The translations under genes and the position numbers were made by a program. A stretch of 64,000 nt of DNA from a virus (Duplodnaviria > Caudoviricetes), in IMG/VR virus record IMGVR_UViG_3300049235_000002, positions 2,934-66,933 of that record; one strand, 5' to 3'. Under the pieces are notes generated by a model that was given only the letters and a program-made list of their open reading frames with translations, searched no databases and had not been told where the DNA came from. This document shows positions 26,936-35,255 of this stretch, one piece after another (the stretch's first letter is position 1; the number at the start of each line of letters is the position of its first letter).

Positions 26936-27847
26936 CTACTTCTCTCCTTCCCCTTCCGTGCGGGTGGCGGCGCGGACTTGGGCCATGCAGTCAGCGAGTG
27001 TAGCGCCTTCAAATCGCTCACCGTGAATTTCGTAATCCGTGGAAATAACGCCGATCTCAAAGTGCCGCTTGAATGGTTTGTAAAAACCCGCGTTGTTTTC
27101 TTCGCGGATTTGAAATGAACAGTTGGGCCACAGCTCGCGAATCTCGTGTGCCGCCGCTTCAACTGTCAGTTCCTCTGTATCGACCAACGACGGCAATCTG
27201 CGCCAGCGTGTAGGTAGGACGTGCGCGCCAGAGCCGACTACGGCCCAACTGGCCGACAGCCATTGCCGTGTACTGCCGGGAATTAAGCAGTCGAATAAGG
27301 TTGCAATATGTATCTCTTCGCCGTCTATAGATGGGTAAGTAACCAGTATTCGTTCATTGACAGGTGCGGTCTCAATCGGCTGCCACGCTTCAACTGTTGT
27401 TTCTCCGGTAGCGCGGGGAGTGGACGCGACTAGGGCGGTTACTCGCTCGAACACGTCAACGTATTGATCGTCTGTGGCGCATCCCCGAATAGGCCGTAAT
27501 GCCTGCCTGATCGCCGCATCGTCAACTACTACGGCGCGGACATCTGGCAATCGCTTAACCACCGCAAGTAATTCCTTGCTGCACCATGAGAGCATTTCGG
27601 CCCGCGCTTCGTTTACGCAAGCGTCCGCAGCCTTGCCCACAGCCCGCATTCGGTCGGATGCCTTGTGATAATCAAGCTGCATAGCAACCCATGTAGAAAG
27701 CAGATCACGCCAAATCTCAGGCATCGGTAACAGTTCCCCTCCCTGTGGTTGCGCTTCTGCCGTGCGTATCGCATGGTCAAAACAGTTCGCATCTCCACAT
27801 GCCGGGCATTTTGGTTGCGCTTCTGGTGAATTAGTAGTAGTGGTCAC
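26936..27847 (-). CDS. Mosaic early protein containing a DUF551-like segment
   Basis: CPACGD..C; AWQPIETAP...PTRWRRLP. Confidence 0.65.
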   Translation of the reverse strand: MTTTTNSPEAQPKCPACGDANCFDHAIRTAEAQPQGGELLPMPEIWRDLLSTWVAMQLDYHKASDRMRAVGKAADACVNEARAEMLSWCSKELLAVVKRLPDVRAVVVDDAAIRQALRPIRGCATDDQYVDVFERVTALVASTPRATGETTVEAWQPIETAPVNERILVTYPSIDGEEIHIATLFDCLIPGSTRQWLSASWAVVGSGAHVLPTRWRRLPSLVDTEELTVEAAAHEIRELWPNCSFQIREENNAGFYKPFKRHFEIGVISTDYEIHGERFEGATLADCMAQVRAATRTEGEGEK

Positions 27848-28068
27848 GTGAGCAGTTCCTCCTCAATGTCGTCCGCCAATGACTGGAAACCATCGGCTCG
27901 CGCTGATTCCGCGTAAGCACGAAGCGCGGGCTGCGCATGTGGATCGTGCGTCACGTCAAGCACGAAGTATCGGCACCCGTTGTGTTTCTGGAGTGGGCCA
28001 TCCGTCCCATCCAAACGCTCAACGTGAAATTTGCCCTCAGGTAAAAGGCCGAGTGACTTATCTCCCAT
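27844..28068 (-). CDS. Conserved-type small phage protein
   Basis: KFHVERLDG...YFVLDVTHDPHAQPALRAYA...LADDI. Confidence 0.6.
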   Translation of the reverse strand: MGDKSLGLLPEGKFHVERLDGTDGPLQKHNGCRYFVLDVTHDPHAQPALRAYAESARADGFQSLADDIEEELLT

Positions 28069-28249
28069 TGCTATCGTTCTCCTTTTGCAGCCGCTCCACT
28101 TCCTCCAGTAACTCTAAACACGTAGCGGGACGAAACGCAGACTTAAAGTTTTCCATTGCAGCGGTAACTTCCCACGACGTTATTGCCGCGCCAACGTTAA
28201 GCGCTTTCTCCGCTACTTCCTTCAGCGCGGCGAGTTGTTCAGTAGTCAT
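28058..28249 (-). CDS. Ead/Ea22-like protein
   Basis: LAALKEVAEKA...FKSAFRPATCLELLEEVERL. Confidence 0.65.
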   Translation of the reverse strand: MTTEQLAALKEVAEKALNVGAAITSWEVTAAMENFKSAFRPATCLELLEEVERLQKENDSNGR

Positions 28250-28628
28250 GGTTAATTATCGTCCTCGACTGGTAAGCAGGGGCAATCCAGCGGATGAAGA
28301 TCGCAGCCTGAACAGGTACGCTCGTCTCCCACCCAGCGCCCACAATGACAATCGGGAAACGGTGGCTCGGCAGGATCACCACCATCAAACGAAAGCGTAA
28401 ACTCCGGCGCTAGCTGTTCACGGGTGAGAGTCATGCGTGATGATCCTCGCATAAGTCGCACTTGTCGCATTCCTGTATTTCCTTGAGCTGCCTAACCGCG
28501 TGTCGCTGCTCAAGTGAATCTTGATACTTTGCGGCCTGCTTGTTACCAGTGACACACAGAATCTTATGGCCCTTGGTGATTCCGCACTCTGGACAAGCTT
28601 GTTGTTCCTTCTCACCCATTCCTATGTC

Positions 28629-28868
28629 TCACTTTCGTTGTTGGGCGAAGTGACTCAAAGTAATCAATTCTTCAATGCGTTCACTGTCCGCCTTATCTGC
28701 TAAGCGACGTGAGAACCAGGCGTCAATGGTGCGCTCAATTGCGGCGGCTAATTCTTCTGCCTCTTTGTCGCATTCAGCGTTTTGGAGGATATCCCACAAC
28801 TCGCTTGATTTGATGTGGGCGTAAGCTAGCTCATGCACCAGTTCTTTTCGTTGATTGGGTGTGGTCAT
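28629..28868 (-). CDS. Hypothetical early protein
   Basis: ORF track; coupled chain of minus-strand genes. Confidence 0.55.
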   Translation of the reverse strand: MTTPNQRKELVHELAYAHIKSSELWDILQNAECDKEAEELAAAIERTIDAWFSRRLADKADSERIEELITLSHFAQQRK

Positions 28869-29278
28869 TGTGATTGACTCCTATTAAGACTGATCGCGAT
28901 ACTGATTAGCGCGGAAACCTGCGCACGAGCCACGTCGTCATATGTCATACTCAGGGCCTGATCGATATGGTATCCAGCGCTATCGCCACTTTGCGTGCTA
29001 TCAATGAGATTCTTTAACGGTGCACAGAAATTCAAAGCTTCTCGCGCGGCATATGACGCATCCGGCGCACCGGTCTTTGGTATGCATTTTAATGCCTCTC
29101 TTTGGCTCTGAATCTCTTGAAGTGAAAGCAGCAACTGATGACGAAGTGGAAGAGGCTCAGGCTCTAATCGAAGCCCACATTGCGTACACGCTCCCATTTC
29201 TAAATCGGCGGATGTGAGCTCATTCCCGCAGCCTTGATATCTGTCTCCGCAATAGATTCGTCGAATGTTCGTCTTCAT
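28865..29278 (-). CDS. Hypothetical protein with N-terminal zinc ribbon
   Basis: YCGD..QGCG...CTQCG. Confidence 0.55.
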   Translation of the reverse strand: MKTNIRRIYCGDRYQGCGNELTSADLEMGACTQCGLRLEPEPLPLRHQLLLSLQEIQSQREALKCIPKTGAPDASYAAREALNFCAPLKNLIDSTQSGDSAGYHIDQALSMTYDDVARAQVSALISIAISLNRSQSQ

Positions 29279-29589
29279 AATTTGGTTTCCCCAATATCCG
29301 CCACTGCTTGATGTTGACCGTAATCGGTATCACAGTGCCAGCAAGTATCAGTGCCATGCATTGACTGAAACTCATGCTTTCGCACGGCGGCCATGACGTG
29401 AATCTCATTGACCTGTAGTTGAATGTCCTTAATCGCGGCTGTGTAAACGATGTCGGGGTAATCGGAGATCGTAAGCTCCACATGGTTGCTGTCGATCTGG
29501 CGAATCACAGCCCCACGGCGCATAACATCGAATGACTGGATGTAGATTTCAGTGCCGGGTGGGATAGTTAATGGATTTGTCATGGTCAT
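29275..29589 (-). CDS. Hypothetical early protein
   Basis: ORF track; C-terminal HEF...CWHC..H motif. Confidence 0.55.
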   Translation of the reverse strand: MTMTNPLTIPPGTEIYIQSFDVMRRGAVIRQIDSNHVELTISDYPDIVYTAAIKDIQLQVNEIHVMAAVRKHEFQSMHGTDTCWHCDTDYGQHQAVADIGETKL

Positions 29590-29776
29590 TTACCTTAAAG
29601 CCTTTTCGTAGGCTGTGATTAGCTTAGTTTCTTCTTTGGTCTGCCTTGCTTTGCTCCACGAGGCTTATCCCAATATGGTGAGTTGCACTTTGCGCATCGA
29701 TCTGGCTTTTGTGGAGATTTGGGCCACCATTTATGACCACAGCGGAGGCAGAGAAGTTGTTTAAGGGTTGCAGCCA

Positions 29777-30010
29777 TCATTTGTTTGCCAGTTTGCGTGG
29801 TTTGTCTTCCGTCTCAACGCTGCCGAATTTTGAAACCGTGAAGCTATAACCATCCGCGCAAGTAATCTCAAAAACCGCGTTCCATCCAGATGGCGGCCCG
29901 TAAGCGCGAATGCCAACACATTGCCGCCACTTCTCAGAGCGGTCGCGCCTGACTTTACGGCCAAGCCACCTTAAACTTGCCTTTACTTCTTTTTGTGATA
30001 AGTTGTTCAT
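29777..30010 (-). CDS. Hypothetical early protein
   Basis: ORF track; SD GAGG upstream. Confidence 0.5.
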   Translation of the reverse strand: MNNLSQKEVKASLRWLGRKVRRDRSEKWRQCVGIRAYGPPSGWNAVFEITCADGYSFTVSKFGSVETEDKPRKLANK

Positions 30011-30024
30011 TACTGCCTCTGCTC

Positions 30025-30426
30025 TTAGCTAAATAGTTTTTCGCTAGTTTCGTTACCGTTTGTTACCCACAGACGAACCACAGGAGTTTCGATTAGACCA
30101 TTAATAACTGACGGATAAGAACTAAAATGTTTACGGAAATGATCGATCGTTTCCTGTGATTTATGAAGACGGTTGGCGGCGAATGACTCGACGCCCGCAA
30201 GTGCTGCTATAAACCGTAGTCCGCCGCTACGCAGATCGGCATCAGACGTATAAAGTCTCTGCCGGATATGTCGAGAGCCGTCGTGGTATTCAGCCGTACC
30301 CTGCGTTTTACCCCAACTGGTAATAGTTACGTATTGAGCACAAACAAGCCACCGACCGCTGTTATTGCTGTCAGGTGATTCAGTGACGATGTACAACTTG
30401 TCGCCTTTGGTCGGTGTGTTTGTCAT
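30025..30426 (-). CDS. Hypothetical early protein (probably leaderless)
   Basis: ATG lies 9 nt downstream of a -10 box (TAGACT). Confidence 0.6.
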   Translation of the reverse strand: MTNTPTKGDKLYIVTESPDSNNSGRWLVCAQYVTITSWGKTQGTAEYHDGSRHIRQRLYTSDADLRSGGLRFIAALAGVESFAANRLHKSQETIDHFRKHFSSYPSVINGLIETPVVRLWVTNGNETSEKLFS

Positions 30427-30435
30427 AGTGAAGAC

Positions 30436-30464
30436 AGTCTACAGTAAGCCGCTTACTGAGTCAA
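30436..30464 (-). promoter_or_regulatory. Sigma70-type promoter with palindromic spacer
   Basis: Minus strand TTGACT-CAGTAAGCGGCTTACTG(17)-TAGACT. Confidence 0.75.
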
Positions 30465-30494
30465 TACATTTGGCGAATTATTTTCTATCTTTCT

Positions 30495-30641
30495 TCATTT
30501 GGTCGCTTTCTTCTTAGGCCACCGTGCTGCTCGGGCTTTCTCAAGACTCTTTTTAGTTGCCGCCCGCTTCTTTTTAGAAGTGGCTTTCCCGCCCCGGCGT
30601 CCTAGTTCCCGCATTACTTTCTTGATTGTTTCGTCTTCCAT
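30495..30641 (-). CDS. 48-aa highly basic protein (RRGGKATS motif)
   Basis: Hand translation MEDETIKKVMRELGRRGGKATSKKKRAATKKSLEKARAARWPKKKATK. Confidence 0.6.
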   Translation of the reverse strand: MEDETIKKVMRELGRRGGKATSKKKRAATKKSLEKARAARWPKKKATK

Positions 30642-30661
30642 TGTTGCGCTTAGCCACTTAT

Positions 30662-30967
30662 TTAATTTGCACGTACGGCCTCTGCCCTGGCGCGTGCGGC
30701 AGTGTAGAGCGGGTGATTCTGAAAAAGCACTACGCGGCCCTTTTCGAAGTAGTCCTGCTGACTGTCAGTGCTGTTGACGTACGCCGTGGGAATGATTCGC
30801 GCTAGTGTGTCGCCCGCATCGTAGTCCTTAGCGTAAATCGTCACGCAAGGCTGACCGTCTATGCGGTTATCAAGGGAGTAGTGAACGCGAGCCTTAGCGA
30901 TTCCGTTGGTGACGTTGAATTTATTGAACTTGACGGTAGCGGTTGCTGGTGTGCTTGTGTTTTCCAT
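30662..30967 (-). CDS. Early protein of unknown function (probably leaderless)
   Basis: VTIYAKDY...NSTDSQQDYFEKGRV....HPLY; ATG lies 7 nt after -10 TATATT. Confidence 0.65.
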   Translation of the reverse strand: MENTSTPATATVKFNKFNVTNGIAKARVHYSLDNRIDGQPCVTIYAKDYDAGDTLARIIPTAYVNSTDSQQDYFEKGRVVLFQNHPLYTAARARAEAVRAN

Positions 30968-30974
30968 GCCCCTG

Positions 30975-31003
30975 AATATACACTAAGCCGCTTACTGAGT
31001 CAA
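30975..31003 (-). promoter_or_regulatory. Sigma70-type promoter, near-identical copy of 30436-30464
   Basis: Minus strand TTGACT-CAGTAAGCGGCTTAGTG(17)-TATATT. Confidence 0.78.
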
Positions 31004-31103
31004 TAGCCCGCGCGATTATTTCTCTATACTATTTCGTGCGTGCTCGCGTGCCTCGTAACTTTTCCGCCACAAATAAGGGCTGAAAGTGATACACTGCTCG
31101 ACT

Positions 31104-31409
31104 ATGGACGCTCAAGCAATCATTACAGTATCTGCCGCCGTCGTAGCCCTAACTCAACTTTTCAAATGGGGTTTCATTCCTGATAGATATGGTCCGATAT
31201 CCGTGGTGGTTCTATCCGCCGTTGGTGTCGCCTTTTGGGCATGGTCGTCAGGTGATTTCAGTCGCGCCAACTCGTTTGGTTACTTTGCTGGCTGGATTGC
31301 CATTGCCACGTCAGCGGCTGGCGTGTTTGGATTCACGCGCGCGGGCTCAGAGGCGATCACAAAGACTTCCGGCCCGCCTGCGGGTGCGGGTGGAAGCGCC
31401 ACATCCTAA
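31104..31409 (+). CDS. Holin-like membrane protein (about 3 TM)
   Basis: VSAAVVALTQLFKW...YGPISVVVLSAVGVAFWAW...GWIAIATSAAGVFGF. Confidence 0.65.
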   Translation: MDAQAIITVSAAVVALTQLFKWGFIPDRYGPISVVVLSAVGVAFWAWSSGDFSRANSFGYFAGWIAIATSAAGVFGFTRAGSEAITKTSGPPAGAGGSATS

Positions 31410-31426
31410 TAAATGAAGGAGACTGT

Positions 31427-31945
31427 ATGAACCGTCGCGACATGATCGCAACCAGTGGACTTGGCATTGCAGGCTTCGCGGTAGGCACCGGATTCGCTGC
31501 TCCAGCTTGTGGCGTTTCCAAAGAGAAGGCGGTTAGAGTTACAGGATTCGTTATCGAGATCGCTAAAGAAGCCGTGCCGTTGCTCGACTTGCTAAACGCT
31601 CACGACCTTGCGATTACGGTAGATGCAAAAGTAATCCCCGCGCTGGAGAAGCTGAAGAGCGCATTAGCCAGTGCCGACATTCCCGCATCACAATCCACCC
31701 TCGCAACGGTGCGTAGTGCTCTCAGTGCAGTCGGCAATGCACTACTCAACCTTCCCGAGACTCCACGTCGCACCACGATTGTTGGAATTCTCGCCTCGAT
31801 TAACGTGCTGCTGCTGACAGTGGAAGCGTTTGTGGAGTCGGAAACCCCACAAGCTGCGCCTGCTACGGTAGGGCTAGAATCAACGGTTTCGGGTGCGACT
31901 AAATCCGCGCAGATGCTAAAAGTGTTTCAAGCGACGCGCCAATAG
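31427..31945 (+). CDS. Predicted Tat-exported lipoprotein, helical
   Basis: MNRRDMIATSGLGIAGFAVGTGFAAPA|C: twin Arg, hydrophobic h-region, Cys after small residues; SD AAGGAG. Confidence 0.6.
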   Translation: MNRRDMIATSGLGIAGFAVGTGFAAPACGVSKEKAVRVTGFVIEIAKEAVPLLDLLNAHDLAITVDAKVIPALEKLKSALASADIPASQSTLATVRSALSAVGNALLNLPETPRRTTIVGILASINVLLLTVEAFVESETPQAAPATVGLESTVSGATKSAQMLKVFQATRQ

Positions 31946-31954
31946 GAGATGTGC

Positions 31955-32194
31955 ATGGCCCTGATTTTCAAGTTCGACACGGAGCAGTTCCAGACGCTTG
32001 TCACCGCTATCGACAATCTCTCTGACAACCTTGCCAAGTGGCAGGGGAAGGAGACTGAGGCCATCGAGCAGGGATTCAGCAATCTTGCTATCGCTCTCGG
32101 CGGTGAAGACGTACAGGCTAGAATCGATGCGCTAACCAGCGAAGTAAAAACCGAAGCAGACGCACTCGAAGGCTCTGCTCAATCTGAAACTTAA
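31955..32194 (+). CDS. Small acidic coiled-coil protein
   Basis: SD AGGAG; heptad pattern. Confidence 0.6.
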   Translation: MALIFKFDTEQFQTLVTAIDNLSDNLAKWQGKETEAIEQGFSNLAIALGGEDVQARIDALTSEVKTEADALEGSAQSET

Positions 32195-32218
32195 TCATTC
32201 AAATCAGAAGGAGACATT

Positions 32219-32491
32219 ATGGCAGCAGACTTTTCTCAACTGACAGCAGAAGTAGAGCGCATCAAACAAGTGCGCCCGTCAATTGTGGCAATCATTGAAG
32301 GCATCGCAGACCGCGTACAGGCGGCAGTGGATGCGGATAATGCGGGCGATAACAGTCAACTGGCAACCTTGTCAGCGGATCTGCGCGCGGAAGCCGACGA
32401 GTTCGCTCGTGTGGCAGTTGCGGGTACTCCAACTGAGGGCGGCAGCGGCGAAACAGGCGGCGGCACGACGGAGGGTGGTACTCCGGCGTAA
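32219..32491 (+). CDS. Small acidic helical-hairpin protein
   Basis: QLTAEVERIKQV..SIVAIIEGIADRVQAAV...LATLSADLRAEADEFARVAVAGTP; SD AAGGAG. Confidence 0.65.
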   Translation: MAADFSQLTAEVERIKQVRPSIVAIIEGIADRVQAAVDADNAGDNSQLATLSADLRAEADEFARVAVAGTPTEGGSGETGGGTTEGGTPA

Positions 32492-32597
32492 CTGAAACAA
32501 ATTCGCAGCGCTCGCCAGGAAGCTTGCTTACCATCCTTTGCAAATCGGGGCATTTTGCAAATTGGCACTGACGAGCGTTGCGATACTTAAACAAACG

Positions 32598-32690
32598 ATG
32601 ATATTCGGCTGTCTCATTTTTCTTCTCTGTCTCTTCATGGGATTCGTGCTCGTGCTGGGTCTCAGTCGCGCTGGGAGACGCGGAAGATGA
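32598..32690 (+). CDS. 30-aa single-TM peptide
   Basis: MIFGCLIFLLCLFMGFVLVLGLSRAGRRGR; stop overlaps the next ATG. Confidence 0.5.
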   Translation: MIFGCLIFLLCLFMGFVLVLGLSRAGRRGR

Positions 32691-32788
32691 GAACTGCAAT
32701 CATTACAGTGCTTAGTTTCGCCGCTGGCTTCGTAGCTGGCGTCTTCAGCCTTTGGTACTACTTCATGCGCAAGGGAGTGCTAGGATAA
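32687..32788 (+). CDS. 33-aa single-TM peptide
   Basis: MRTAIITVLSFAAGFVAGVFSLWYYFMRKGVLG. Confidence 0.5.
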   Translation: MRTAIITVLSFAAGFVAGVFSLWYYFMRKGVLG

Positions 32789-32809
32789 CTGGACACTTAA
32801 TTCCCCTAA

Positions 32810-33367
32810 ATGTTTGACACTTCAACTTTCAACGTAATCGCCAACTCCGTGATGATTCTCGGCGGCGGAGTGATCATCTATGGCATTTTCCAGATTCGCA
32901 AACTAATCATGCAGAACCGGACAATGTCAGAGCGGCTGGAACAATTCCTTGCGCCGAAAGTCGGCATTGAAGGATTCCTGAATATGTGTGCGCAAGTGGT
33001 CGAGTGCGATCCCGATGGCACCTGCGTCGTGGCAGATAAAGACGGTGAGATCGTTATGGTTAATCGTAGATTTGAGGAAATGTCTGGTTATCATCGCAGC
33101 GAGTTAGTCGGACAGGCTGTGGAGATCATGGTTCCTGACAGGTACAAAGGGATTCATCCGAGCCATAGAGAAAGCTACTTAGTTAGTTCATCCAATCGCC
33201 CGATGCGCGGATTATCATTTCGACACAAACGGGGACGGGAGATTGCGGCAGGAATCTGGCTAGGCCATTTCAGCGATCCCAACGATGGCTATACAATTGT
33301 CAAGATGCGATCTGTCGATGGGGAGATGTTAAAATCCAGTGACACGCTGAAGTGTATCGCGGAATGA
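32810..33367 (+). CDS. Membrane-anchored stand-alone PAS-domain protein (FixL-like)
   Basis: N-terminal TM; DGTCVVADKDGEIVMVNRRFEEMSGYHRSELVGQAVEIMVPDRYKGIHPSHRESY...RHKRG. Confidence 0.85.
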   Translation: MFDTSTFNVIANSVMILGGGVIIYGIFQIRKLIMQNRTMSERLEQFLAPKVGIEGFLNMCAQVVECDPDGTCVVADKDGEIVMVNRRFEEMSGYHRSELVGQAVEIMVPDRYKGIHPSHRESYLVSSSNRPMRGLSFRHKRGREIAAGIWLGHFSDPNDGYTIVKMRSVDGEMLKSSDTLKCIAE

Positions 33368-33753
33368 ATTGGCCGCAGCTGCTCCAAAGTGTCGTCACGG
33401 CGCTGGTAATTGCCGGAATATTCGCAGTCTTCAAACTGTTTCGTGATATTGATCGGTTAAACACCAAAACCGAGCCGCTGCTGGAATGGTGGAAGAAAAC
33501 GTCACTGGATGCATTAAAGCTTGCAACTAACCCGACGAGCGAACGGCTGACCGAATTGGCCGACAAGTACATTGCGAGTGTAATGGGGAGTGGACGAATT
33601 ACTACGGCGGAGAAACAGGAACTAATTGACGGATTACGCGCAGTGATGGAAGATAAAAACCAAGTTCCCGGCAAGCGTCAGTCAGCGTCAGTCTCACTAA
33701 GATTTATTGAATCAAGAGAGCATTTGCCACTGAGACGGGGAGCATCACATTGA
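33364..33753 (+). CDS. Single-TM protein coupled to the PAS gene
   Basis: ATGA overlap with the PAS stop; N-terminal LLQSVVTALVIAGIFAVF. Confidence 0.65.
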   Translation: MNWPQLLQSVVTALVIAGIFAVFKLFRDIDRLNTKTEPLLEWWKKTSLDALKLATNPTSERLTELADKYIASVMGSGRITTAEKQELIDGLRAVMEDKNQVPGKRQSASVSLRFIESREHLPLRRGASH

Positions 33754-33781
33754 GGTCAGCATTAATTTAGGAGACGAAAAA

Positions 33782-34054
33782 ATGAACTCACAAACTGGAG
33801 ATATCTTTCGGACATTTGACGAGAAAACAATGGAGGCGAACTTCGGCAAGCCTCTTTCGCTACAAGAGGCGTGGGAATTACAAGCACTTCCTGACACTCA
33901 AGAACGCCTCCGTCGATACAAGCAGGCGCATGCTGATGACCGCTGTGGGAAATGTGCGCTGATACTCAGACATCACACTTTGAAAGAGTTTCAGCACTGT
34001 GAGGCAGTTCTAAGTCACGATCGACTGGTAGCGCAGATGACACCAACTACGTAA
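33782..34054 (+). CDS. Hypothetical protein
   Basis: SD AGGAG; CGKC..H..C. Confidence 0.55.
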   Translation: MNSQTGDIFRTFDEKTMEANFGKPLSLQEAWELQALPDTQERLRRYKQAHADDRCGKCALILRHHTLKEFQHCEAVLSHDRLVAQMTPTT

Positions 34055-34095
34055 ACAAAATAGACGCACAAAACCAGAAAGGAACAACCTCCCAA

Positions 34096-34260
34096 ATGAC
34101 AGCTAATGAAAACAAGCCGGATAGACCTGATTCGAAGCCGGATGCACCTGAGCCAAAGCAGCCCGAGCCTGGCAGGCCTGCACCTAAGCCGCAGCCACAG
34201 GATGAGCCGCAGAATCCACCACCGCAACCGCCCGGCCATGTCGATGTTCCTGGCGAATAA
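34096..34260 (+). CDS. 54-aa Pro/acidic-rich disordered peptide
   Basis: Hand translation MTANENKPDRPDSKPDAPEPKQPEPGRPAPKPQPQDEPQNPPPQPPGHVDVPGE; its stop forms part of the next SD. Confidence 0.5.
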   Translation: MTANENKPDRPDSKPDAPEPKQPEPGRPAPKPQPQDEPQNPPPQPPGHVDVPGE

Positions 34261-34267
34261 GGAGACT

Positions 34268-34756
34268 ATGCAACCCGAACCGAAACCCGAGTCACGAGAT
34301 GTCTGGAAGGTTTCGCAGTGGAAGTGGAACCTTGACGACGGTGCGCCGTGGTGGCAGAGATGGTATTTTAGACTAGCCTACCTACCTTTTCTTTTATTCT
34401 CTTACAGCATATTCAAAGTTCCTGCCGTGAAGGAGGTTCTTGTCGAATCCGATGCGCAGGGGAACGTCCGGCGCACGTTTCGCTGGAGTGAAGACGAAGG
34501 AATCTTTGAATATGAAGATCAAGCTGACGCGGGATGTTTGGGCGAGCATTGGGGATACTGCAAATTACCTTTCGGACGACTGATGCCGCCCGATTCGGCC
34601 CAGTACTCAGGCACGATCTTTCCGCGCAAGAAGAATCCCAAGCGATGGGCCAACCCTAAATTAAGGCTCGTTATTAAAGACCGTGTAGCCGATGAGCGAC
34701 GAGATAAGCAGTGGGCTGAATTCCTTTCTAGAATGAATCAGGTATTGGACCGATGA
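34268..34756 (+). CDS. Trp-rich hypothetical protein
   Basis: True start is probably ATG 34268 (SD AAGGAG); the ORF-track N-terminal extension overlaps the Pro-rich gene. Confidence 0.6.
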   Translation: MQPEPKPESRDVWKVSQWKWNLDDGAPWWQRWYFRLAYLPFLLFSYSIFKVPAVKEVLVESDAQGNVRRTFRWSEDEGIFEYEDQADAGCLGEHWGYCKLPFGRLMPPDSAQYSGTIFPRKKNPKRWANPKLRLVIKDRVADERRDKQWAEFLSRMNQVLDR

Positions 34757-34757
34757 G

Positions 34758-35255
34758 ATGCAGCAAGAAACCCCCGTTTCGCCTCACCTTTGGCTACTGC
34801 TGCTCTCAAACGCAGTAACAGCAATCCTTGCAGTCGTCACAACTATAACCACCCTGCGATTTAGGCGAAAGCGCGAACCGATCGAGCTTGATAGAGTCCG
34901 CGCCGAAACTAAAAGTATTCACGTCACCGCTGAGACGGCTGAAATAAACCTCGGGCGCGAACTGATGCGGGACATGCAGGCTGTTATTGACAAAGCCGAG
35001 ACGCGCCGTGACGAATGGCACCTAAAGGAAGAACAGATGCGCACTCAGGTTGTTTTCTGGCGCAATAAATCAGAAGAGTTAGACGGGAAGCTGGCTGACG
35101 CGCAAGAGGTGGTGTGGAAGATGCAATCTGAAATGGAGAGCTACGAGAATCAAATCCGAACGATGCAAGCGACATTAACATTGGAACAAAAGAACTACGA
35201 CAACACGCAGGATACTAAACCTGAGAACTACACGCTGCCAGCTAAGCCCGAATAG
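34758..35255 (+). CDS. N-terminal TM plus long coiled-coil protein (lysis accessory / spanin-like topology)
   Basis: LWLLLLSNAVTAILAVVTTI then basic residues and heptads. Confidence 0.6.
   Translation: MQQETPVSPHLWLLLLSNAVTAILAVVTTITTLRFRRKREPIELDRVRAETKSIHVTAETAEINLGRELMRDMQAVIDKAETRRDEWHLKEEQMRTQVVFWRNKSEELDGKLADAQEVVWKMQSEMESYENQIRTMQATLTLEQKNYDNTQDTKPENYTLPAKPE

Noticed and set aside
34758-35255. Naming this gene an i-spanin (Rz) and 31427 an o-spanin (Rz1)
   Set aside because: The topology is compatible, but the genes are 3 kb apart, not nested or adjacent, and there is no sequence motif support.
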